64,000 bases of DNA from Bacteroidales bacterium UBA1715 (GTDB lineage: Bacteria > Bacteroidota > Bacteroidia > Bacteroidales > UBA1715): contig DCIX01000041.1 in NCBI GenBank assembly GCA_002317135.1, positions 4,529 to 68,528 of the forward strand. Reading direction: 5' to 3'. This document shows, piece by piece, positions 8,801 through 14,777 of the stretch. Under the pieces are notes generated by a model that was not told the DNA's origin, did no database searches, and saw only the letters and a list, made by a program, of their open reading frames with translations. Numbering within the stretch: position 1 is the stretch's first letter; each line of letters begins with the position of its first letter. The position numbers were made by a program, and so were the translations under genes.

Positions 8801-9082
8801 GACCTCCCTACGCAACGGGAAACCCTCGACAATCATCTGCATTACACGGCGGTTTTCGTCGTATAGATTTTGCGACTGTTGTGCCTTGAGCATAAGGATT
8901 ACCTGCTGAATTTCTTCCTCGGTTATATCAGCATAGTGTGCACGCAAATAAGCCTCTATATCCTCAACAAGAAGAACCTCGGCCAAGTTTTTATGTAACT
9001 GTTCACCTAATTTATGTGTATAGTGCTCTTCGTCTCTGAAGAGCTCCATTATTGCATTTTCAAGTGTGGATTCGTTAAACAT
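5879..9082 (-). CDS. hsdR: type I restriction endonuclease subunit R (system 1)
   Basis: 1067 aa. N-terminal PD-(D/E)xK-like DAIVYVNGLPLVVMEFK, Walker A GATGCGKS, DEAH box ICISDEAHRTQ. Carries an in-frame REP-encoded RDGVHTVST at residues 101-109. Confidence 0.93.
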   Translation of the reverse strand: MFNESTLENAIMELFRDEEHYTHKLGEQLHKNLAEVLLVEDIEAYLRAHYADITEEEIQQVILMLKAQQSQNLYDENRRVMQMIVEGFPLRREVAGLDDGRDGVHTVSTKEPLWIRLIDFDHPQNNDFKIVNQVEIVEVCNRRPDAIVYVNGLPLVVMEFKTAVKEHCTIKDAFTQITVRYRKDIPSLFRYNAFVVISDGAQNKFGSLFTPYEYFYAWNRIEPEDKPSNGLDSLFTMVHGLFRKERLLEVVRNFIYFPDSSTKEEKIVCRYPQYFAATMLYQNILEHHKIGDGKGGTYFGATGCGKSLAMLFLSRMLMRSTELESPTILLITDRTDLDDQLSSQFIRAKKFIGDETIEQIDSREELRKKLNGRKSGGVFLTTIQKFSEDINLLSDRKNIICISDEAHRTQTNLEESTRISFDKDGMATAMKTTYGFAQYLHNSLPNAIYVGFTGTPIDETIAVFGGVVDKYTMVDSVNDGITVRIVYEGRAAKVFADNEKLEAIDKYYEECEDAGSTEEQINKSKQQSATMDAIIGDPKRLQKVAEDLVAHYEQRIAEGATVCGKAMVVCSSREIAFDLYKNIIALRPEWAKKLPCASEFELAEDEKDKLLPMERVKMVMTTNKDDVPELSKLLGNKADRQEWARQFKEPHSNFKIVIVVDMWLTGFDVPSLDTMYVDKPLQRHTLIQTISRVNRVCEGKEKGLVVDYLGIKRNMNKALKQYGTDKGDGGDDPTEGIDELVTIVKDEIEVLDGIMHKYDYKDFFAKSALKQLQCLNGGANFVLEEEERKNLFMGHAKRMRQAFNMCSSSENLHKIHREKVLFFTAVRSIVFKMTKGDAPDVAEMNERVRKLVADALVSSGVEEVVKIVEDTKGDLDIFDKKHLDCIEKINLPNIRLRMLERLVKQQISEFGKVNKVKSIVFGERLNEIIRTYNDRSDDVANVTEVMKKVVDDIKKMMEELDKERKSHEDLGIDYEEKAFFDILKSVRDERGFDYPDENMIEIAKEMKAIIADKTHYTDCFKRADIMSEMQFDLIVIMAKHKYPPAEDHPEDVYDKVIEQAENFKRYC
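8757..8784. repeat. REP copy 4, inside the hsdR coding sequence (in frame)
   Basis: Exact palindrome. The offset from the hsdR ATG is 298 nt, so it is read as G-RDGVHTVST. Confidence 0.95.
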
Positions 9083-9107
9083 TTACCTACATGTACATTT
9101 GATACAA

Positions 9108-9115
9108 CAAAGGTA
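9108..9115 (-). promoter_or_regulatory. candidate -7 box TAccTTTG for hsdR
   Basis: The minus strand reads tacctttg about 25 nt upstream of the hsdR ATG (9082), just downstream of REP copy 5. Confidence 0.35.
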
Positions 9116-9148
9116 AAAAAATAATTCAGATAATAGATTGCGTTAATC

Positions 9149-9176
9149 GTAGAGACGGTGTGCACACCGTCTCTAC
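9149..9176. repeat. REP copy 5, overlaps the RAYT stop codon
   Basis: Exact palindrome. The minus-strand GTAG supplies the TAG stop (9175-9173) of the RAYT ORF. Confidence 0.95.
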
Positions 9177-9811
9177 AGACGATATTCATCCAATTGCCAT
9201 TGTGCAACATTATTTTCGATATATGTGGCAATACGATTCAATTCATCCTGATTACGAACAATATGGTCGTGAAACCGTGGTTGCCAGGCGAATGGAATAT
9301 TGTTGGTATTGGCAAAATGGGTAATGGCACGTTTCAAACCACCGATAACAACAGACAATTGGCCCTTGTATTTAGAAATGTTTTGCATTTGTTCGTTCAC
9401 GACATCCGATTTCCATCGTTCATCCGTAGAGACGGTGTGCACACCGTCTCTACACGTACCGCCATCGTTTTCGTTTACCATATTGAATACCCCATCAATA
9501 ACAACAATTGCATGAATATGGTTGGGCATTACCACAAACAATGGTATTTCGGCGTACGGATAATGCGATTGTACGTTTACAAATTGTTTGTGGGCGTATT
9601 GACCAATTGGGGATAATTGCATCTGTGATTCAGGTATTACCATTCCCGTAGAGACGGTGTGCACACCGTCTCTACAATCGGTTGTTATTTCCCCGAAATA
9701 ATGTTCACGATTTTTGGTGCATATCGTTATAAAATATACGCCGCCGTTGTATCCGTGCCACGGCGCACGTGCCGATGATACACGGTATTTGTTTTGAAAT
9801 TTTTCTGCCAT
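9173..9811 (-). CDS. REP-associated tyrosine transposase (RAYT; IS200/IS605 Y1 HUH family)
   Basis: FQNKYRVSSARAPWHGYNGGVYFITICTKNREHYFGEI N-terminus, HUH motif MPNHIHAIVVI (H98/H100), C-terminal RFHDHIVRNQDELNRIATYIENN with candidate catalytic Tyr197. Two in-frame REP insertions encode CRDGVHTVST at residues 46-55 and 120-129. Confidence 0.85.
   Translation of the reverse strand: MAEKFQNKYRVSSARAPWHGYNGGVYFITICTKNREHYFGEITTDCRDGVHTVSTGMVIPESQMQLSPIGQYAHKQFVNVQSHYPYAEIPLFVVMPNHIHAIVVIDGVFNMVNENDGGTCRDGVHTVSTDERWKSDVVNEQMQNISKYKGQLSVVIGGLKRAITHFANTNNIPFAWQPRFHDHIVRNQDELNRIATYIENNVAQWQLDEYRL
9426..9453. repeat. REP copy 6, in frame inside RAYT
   Basis: Exact palindrome, read as C-RDGVHTVST (residues 120-129). 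Confidence 0.95.
9648..9675. repeat. REP copy 7, in frame inside RAYT
   Basis: Exact palindrome, read as C-RDGVHTVST (residues 46-55). Confidence 0.95.
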
Positions 9812-9951
9812 TGCGGTTGGCTGTTATTGGTTATAATTGAATATGTCATGCACATATAACGGATTTTTTGGATATTTATTTTCCAACGGCATTTTTTTGA
9901 CATGTAAAAACGCAGCGTACCATAGTTGGTTTCGTTCCTGTCATCGTTCCC

Positions 9952-9979
9952 GTAGAGACGGTGTGCACACCGTCTCTAC
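9952..9979. repeat. REP copy 8
   Basis: Exact palindrome, intergenic upstream of RAYT. Confidence 0.95.
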
Positions 9980-10145
9980 AATGCGGTGCAAATGGTTACG
10001 AAATATATTCCCCCATTATAATTATGCCAATTGGCACGGGCCGACGGTACGCGATATGTATTTTTGAATGTATCCATTGTTTCGTTTATTTTATTGTTAA
10101 CACATTGTGCGATTTGCCATGACCGTTATCGTTTTCCAGCCCCCC

Positions 10146-10173
10146 GTAGAGACGCGATTAATCGCGTCTCTAC
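10146..10173. repeat. REP variant with swapped palindromic core (GTAGAGACG-CGATTAATCG-CGTCTCTAC)
   Basis: The outer 9 bp of each arm are identical to the consensus. The central 10 bp GTGTGCACAC is replaced by CGATTAATCG, and the whole is still a perfect 28-bp palindrome. Confidence 0.9.
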
Positions 10174-10198
10174 AACATTTCCAATTTTTGTTCTGCAC

Positions 10199-10226
10199 GT
10201 AGAGACGGTGTGCACACCGTCTCTAC
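10199..10226. repeat. REP copy 10
   Basis: Exact palindrome, 25 bp from the variant copy. Confidence 0.95.
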
Positions 10227-10336
10227 AATGCGTCAAAACAATGCAACAACGCCACCGATTACACCAGCTACCAATCCAAATTTAATCCATTTTATTCACA
10301 CATTTTTGTTTCTGTATAAATTCGTTGAAAATAACA

Positions 10337-11848
10337 TTATATCTTTAGGTAATCCATAAATAAAGAATCTATACTCCATGAATCTGGGACCAATACTTTT
10401 TCATCTGGTTGAATTTGCATATTCTTACATATGGTTATATACTGCTTTGGTATATGAAACCATTGGTAAATTTTATTCTGTAGTTCTTTAAATGATATCC
10501 TTTCGCAATCATTATATGATGGTGTTACCTCCAATAATTTTTTACCTTCTTTCGATATACTACTCATTGCGATAATCTCTTCTTCTTCATTGAGCCAATT
10601 TTTAATTTTCGTTTTCTTAAAAACAAAATCCAGTGGTATAGCAACAGGATTAAACTTAGGTACAAAAAGTAAATAATTAGAAAACGGTTTCAAAACTTCA
10701 TTGATAAAGTCAAAAGACATTTTGTATTTTTCATTTTCAGACAAAGAGCATATTTGTTCTAAATAAAACGCCTTTAAACCCGACATTCCACGAAAAGTAG
10801 AATCATGATTAAAAAACATTTCAAACAAAATACCATTCAATAGATGATTTTCTTTATCAATTATCCAGTTATTCAAAAATCTCTCTAATTTACACTGTGA
10901 ATTGAATATTTCGCCAATCGTTCTTTCGCCTCCCACTGCCACTTGCAAAATGTTTCTTCCTAAAAGAAACTGTTCATTCCTATCTGGAAAATCTGTAGGT
11001 GTTTTATCAAGTATTACTTTGATAGCTGGTTCTTGAGTATACCAATTACAAGACTTCAAACTATATATGATTTCCGAGAAATCGCTCCCATTATTTGTAT
11101 ACAAAATGTCTTTGACAACATTCTCTTTATAAGGAATAGTTTTAGAAACATTTATATTACTACCATTATTAAAGCAATATTTTCCAATTAAAGATGTATG
11201 TTCCCATGACAGCTGTTTTTCATTAGTCAAACTATACACAGACTCTCTAACTCTTTTGAAACAATCTTCAATAGTGATATTCGGAACTCCAATATGCGTC
11301 AATAAAGCCTGTGTATATATACTATTTTCTCCAGGAATTCCATCCGTGGCAGTTTCTCCCGGAGATGTCGAAAAGGCAATTAAAGAACCTTTAGGAGCAT
11401 ATATTGGCGCCAATCCATTAGACACAACACTTCTATTACCTTTAAAAGGATTATCTCTACATGCATCTAGCACAAATATTTTTACCCTTACATTAACTTG
11501 ACAGATATCTTTTATTATTTCGTCAAATGATATAGCAGTGTATTTCGCAGAAGATTCATCTTCAACCGAAGCATCTATTGGCAATAAATAATTTTTACCA
11601 TCTACTTGTATTCCATGTCCAGAATAAAAGAATAAAGAAACAACATCTTCCTCTGTTGATGTAATTTTACTCTTATATTCAGATATTATCTTGCTGAATT
11701 CAGATTGCTTGAAATCTGTAGATAACAATACGTCAAATCCTAAATTCTCCAACTTTGATTTGATATCTTGCGCATCTTTAACCGCATTGTTAAGTTTTGT
11801 TGTACATTCATAATTGTTATTGCCAATAACAAGAGCATAAGACCTCAT
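10337..11848 (-). CDS. caspase-fold (peptidase C14) protease with uncharacterised ~270-aa C-terminal domain
   Basis: N-terminal ~230 aa start YALVIGNNNY and carry the catalytic His in FFYSGHGIQ (H78) and catalytic Cys in FVLDACRDNPF (C130). I recognise no motif in the C-terminal half. The gene starts 15 nt after the hsdS stop on the same strand and is markedly AT-rich. Confidence 0.85.
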   Translation of the reverse strand: MRSYALVIGNNNYECTTKLNNAVKDAQDIKSKLENLGFDVLLSTDFKQSEFSKIISEYKSKITSTEEDVVSLFFYSGHGIQVDGKNYLLPIDASVEDESSAKYTAISFDEIIKDICQVNVRVKIFVLDACRDNPFKGNRSVVSNGLAPIYAPKGSLIAFSTSPGETATDGIPGENSIYTQALLTHIGVPNITIEDCFKRVRESVYSLTNEKQLSWEHTSLIGKYCFNNGSNINVSKTIPYKENVVKDILYTNNGSDFSEIIYSLKSCNWYTQEPAIKVILDKTPTDFPDRNEQFLLGRNILQVAVGGERTIGEIFNSQCKLERFLNNWIIDKENHLLNGILFEMFFNHDSTFRGMSGLKAFYLEQICSLSENEKYKMSFDFINEVLKPFSNYLLFVPKFNPVAIPLDFVFKKTKIKNWLNEEEEIIAMSSISKEGKKLLEVTPSYNDCERISFKELQNKIYQWFHIPKQYITICKNMQIQPDEKVLVPDSWSIDSLFMDYLKI

Positions 11849-11863
11849 CTTTTCCTTTCTTTT

Positions 11864-13021
11864 TTACCCCGCCATCACCAACGATAGCAGTTCTGTTAAT
11901 TTATTAATTTCGTTATCTAATATTTTTATATCTTCATCGATGATTTTTGCTTTTGACTCAAAGTCAACGACTAATTTTTCATCTGGAATAACTACAGACA
12001 ATCCAAACAAATCATCTTTCGTTATGCTTCCAAAAACAGTTCCATCTTCATTTGAAACATTGAAATCGTGTTCTTTGGTTTGCAATAGATAATAAATGAA
12101 AGAGTTGCAACCGATTTTGCTACGCAATGCCGCTAAACCTCTACCAATGCAACAATCATGCGGTGCAATGTTCAAATCACCAACAGGAGCACGAACACTC
12201 AACAAGACATCTCCTAATTTAGCTATTCTTGTTGGTGCTGTTGTGTACATACGAATACTAGGGAATCTGTAACCATAATCAGTTCGCCCTTGATAGAAAA
12301 TCATTCCTTCGCTTTTTTCATTGTATGTTGAACCATCCGGAGATTGTCCCATCGTTATCTCTGCCACTTCTCCCAGTGTTCCCATTCTCCACCCTTCCGG
12401 CAGATTCTCCACATCCACATCATCCACAAACATTTTTCTATATAATGCTTGAGCGGCCTCTTCGAGTTTGGCTATGGTTTGTTTGTTGGTGGCAATGCGG
12501 TTTTGAATGGATTGGTAACGCAACACAATGCGGCGCTGTTCTTCGATGGAGGGAACGGGCAACTGTACATTACACATTTCTTCCCAATCAAAAACCTCAC
12601 GAGCACTGCCGTGCGAATGAAAACGTGCATAACGATCAAATTCTGCACGACGAAACCACATCATCAGATATTCTGGTAATAATTGTAGAGACGGTGTGCA
12701 CACCGTCTCTACGGAATCACACATATCTACAATTTCAAACACAACGTATGCCTGCGAAATAATGGCAGGTTCATCGCCTGTATATAATGCAACGGTTATC
12801 TTTTCACCATTACGTGATGTTACTGGTACATAAGCGAATTGGTTATGCTTTACAATCTTGTATGGGCGAAGATCTGTTCCAACCATATTGGCTATGGAAG
12901 GAATAAAAACTTTAGCATTGCTTAATCCCAAAAGATTGGTGCATCGCAAATCACTATTCCTCACGTCCACTTCACGGATATAATCCCCCAGACGTTTATA
13001 TGTAGAGTTGTTGTTTGTCAT
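11864..13021 (-). CDS. hsdS: type I R-M specificity subunit S, two TRDs (system 1)
   Basis: Two target-recognition halves separated by the conserved PSIEEQRRIVLRYQSIQNRIATNKQTIAKLEEAAQALYRKMF region. The preferred start MTNNNSTYKRLGDYI is at 13021; the alternative ORF-track start at 13057 overlaps hsdM. Contains the in-frame REP peptide VETVCTPSL. Confidence 0.88.
   Translation of the reverse strand: MTNNNSTYKRLGDYIREVDVRNSDLRCTNLLGLSNAKVFIPSIANMVGTDLRPYKIVKHNQFAYVPVTSRNGEKITVALYTGDEPAIISQAYVVFEIVDMCDSVETVCTPSLQLLPEYLMMWFRRAEFDRYARFHSHGSAREVFDWEEMCNVQLPVPSIEEQRRIVLRYQSIQNRIATNKQTIAKLEEAAQALYRKMFVDDVDVENLPEGWRMGTLGEVAEITMGQSPDGSTYNEKSEGMIFYQGRTDYGYRFPSIRMYTTAPTRIAKLGDVLLSVRAPVGDLNIAPHDCCIGRGLAALRSKIGCNSFIYYLLQTKEHDFNVSNEDGTVFGSITKDDLFGLSVVIPDEKLVVDFESKAKIIDEDIKILDNEINKLTELLSLVMAG
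12685..12712. repeat. REP copy 11, in frame inside hsdS (alternative reading frame)
   Basis: Exact palindrome. The offset of 345 nt from 13057 means it is read GTA GAG ACG..., giving VETVCTPSL. Confidence 0.95.
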
Positions 13022-13031
13022 CGCAAAGAAA

Positions 13032-14606
13032 TTACAATTTATACCCCAATTCCTCAAACACTTTCTTCACGGCCTTTTTGCTTTCTTCCTCTTGGGCAAA
13101 AAGTTCACGTAATTCTGTTTGAAGTCTGCTCATTGTTTCTTCGTAGCCGGCGTAATCGTCGCGGTTCACAAACTCAATGTATTTGCTTGGCACAAGCGAA
13201 CTATCTTTCAAATCGGTTGTCTTTACTGATTTGCAGAATTCTGGCACATCGGTGTATTCGCCCAAATCGGTGCGTTGCCATTGGTGGAACTTCTTGGCTG
13301 CGTTTGTAATATCGTCCGTGCTGAATGTGGTATATTTCTTTTCGAATGGTTCGCCCCATGTACGTAAATCCATAAACAGTATCTCGTTTGCACGCTCACG
13401 GTATTGGCGTTGCTCGCCGTTTACCGTTGTTGTACGGGCATGTTTGTTACGGTTTAGTATCCACAACGTTACCGAAATGTCGGTAGTATAGAACATATTT
13501 CGTGGAAGAATCACAATAGCCTCCACTGCATCGTGTTCTTCAATCAAAGCCTTACGAATTGCTTTTTCGTCACCATCGCCACTCAATGCGCCATTGGCAA
13601 GCAAAAAGCCGGCAATACCATCGGTAGAAAGCTTTGAGAAAATATTGAGTATCCACGCATAGTTGGCATTGCTTGTAGGTGGTACGGCAAAACCTTTCCA
13701 ACGAGGATCGTCGAGCAGTTCGCTTGATTCGCGCCAATCTTTTTGGTTAAAAGGAGGATTTGCCATAATGTAGTCGAACTTCTCTCCTTTATGCTGATCG
13801 TTTTGGAAAGTACTGGCAGCTTTTTCTCCCAAATTGGCCGAAATACCACGAATGGCAAGGTTCATCTTCGCCAGCTTATAGGTTGTGAGCGTGAACTCTT
13901 GTCCGTAAACCGAAATATCGCGTTTGTTTCCGTTGTGGTTTTCAATAAAACGGCTACTTTGCACAAACATACCACCAGAACCACAGGCAGGATCGTACAC
14001 TTTCCCTTTATACGGTTCTATCATTTCGGCAATGAGATTTACAATAGCCTTAGGCGTATAGTATTCTCCCTTACCCTTACCTTCCTGCAAAGCGAAGTTC
14101 GAAAGACAGTATTCATACACACGGCCAAAGAAATCATTATCTTCGTCCATGTGTTTTTCCATATCGTTCACTACATCGAGCAACGAGCCCAATTTAGCGG
14201 CATCTATACCCAGACTGCTATAATAGTTCGAAGGCAATGCGCCCGCAAGTTGTTTATTGTCTTTTTCTATATCGGCAAGCGCTTTGTCTATAATCTGCGC
14301 AATATTTGGCTGCTTAGCGTTTTGCATAATATAGTTCCAACGACAATGTTCCTGCAAATAGAATACATTATCCTTGCCGTAGGAAACAGGCATTTCGCAG
14401 AGCATATTGCCTCCACCAAATTGTTCTTCAAGTTTTTGGTATTGTTTTTCGAAACGAACACCTGCGTATTTCAAGAAAATCAAACTCAATACAACATGCT
14501 TGTATTCAGATGCTTCTATATTTCCACGTAGTTTATTAGCCGCATCCCATAGTTGTGCTTCAATGGATTTTTCAGTTTTTTTTGCTGTAGTGCTTTTTTT
14601 CGCCAT
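13032..14606 (-). CDS. hsdM: type I R-M DNA methyltransferase subunit M (system 1)
   Basis: N-terminal HsdM domain (LWDAANKLRGNIEASEYKHVVLSLIFLKY), SAM motif I DPACGSGGMF, catalytic motif IV ANPPFN. Confidence 0.95.
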   Translation of the reverse strand: MAKKSTTAKKTEKSIEAQLWDAANKLRGNIEASEYKHVVLSLIFLKYAGVRFEKQYQKLEEQFGGGNMLCEMPVSYGKDNVFYLQEHCRWNYIMQNAKQPNIAQIIDKALADIEKDNKQLAGALPSNYYSSLGIDAAKLGSLLDVVNDMEKHMDEDNDFFGRVYEYCLSNFALQEGKGKGEYYTPKAIVNLIAEMIEPYKGKVYDPACGSGGMFVQSSRFIENHNGNKRDISVYGQEFTLTTYKLAKMNLAIRGISANLGEKAASTFQNDQHKGEKFDYIMANPPFNQKDWRESSELLDDPRWKGFAVPPTSNANYAWILNIFSKLSTDGIAGFLLANGALSGDGDEKAIRKALIEEHDAVEAIVILPRNMFYTTDISVTLWILNRNKHARTTTVNGEQRQYRERANEILFMDLRTWGEPFEKKYTTFSTDDITNAAKKFHQWQRTDLGEYTDVPEFCKSVKTTDLKDSSLVPSKYIEFVNRDDYAGYEETMSRLQTELRELFAQEEESKKAVKKVFEELGYKL

Positions 14607-14734
14607 TTATATCAAATTTATAGTGGTTAAATATACGAAAGAAAACAACACCAAATGAGAAAAAACAGGGAACAGTTATTAACAAATAACAATAGTTATG
14701 ATATAACTACGAAACCATTTGCTTTGTTGTTAAG

Positions 14735-14777
14735 AAATAGATAATTCTTGCTAATTTTGCAATAATTAGCAAGAATT
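14735..14777. promoter_or_regulatory. 43-bp element, copy 1, with 14-bp-arm palindrome AATTCTTGCTAATT-N7-AATTAGCAAGAATT (between Fic and hsdM)
   Basis: aaatagataattcttgctaattttgcaataattagcaagaatt. Arms are at 14743-14756 and 14764-14777. It overlaps the Fic stop codon and lies ~130 bp upstream of the hsdM ATG. The near-identical copy is at 16103-16145. Confidence 0.6.

Larger units (their letters stand above)
9149..10226 (-). mobile_element. RAYT gene plus flanking REP cluster (REP/RAYT domesticated-transposon-type unit)
   Basis: One Y1-transposase gene with six 28-bp palindromes within and around it at irregular spacing (277, 222, 304, 194, 53 bp). Confidence 0.8.

Noticed and set aside
9149-10226. 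A cluster of identical 28-bp repeats that could be mistaken for a CRISPR array
   Set aside because: The repeats are loop-less perfect palindromes. Spacing is irregular (277, 222, 304, 194, 53 bp). Several copies lie inside coding sequences. No cas genes or leader are present. A Y1 transposase (RAYT) explains them better.
13743-14531. 262-aa plus-strand ORF antisense to hsdM, and similar long antisense ORFs (6189-6683, 7421-7825, 35591-36070, 36197-36712, 42603-43226, 61043-61582)
   Set aside because: Each lies entirely within a strongly supported gene on the opposite strand. They have odd, low-complexity or Cys/His/Phe-rich composition typical of antisense frames, and no motifs.
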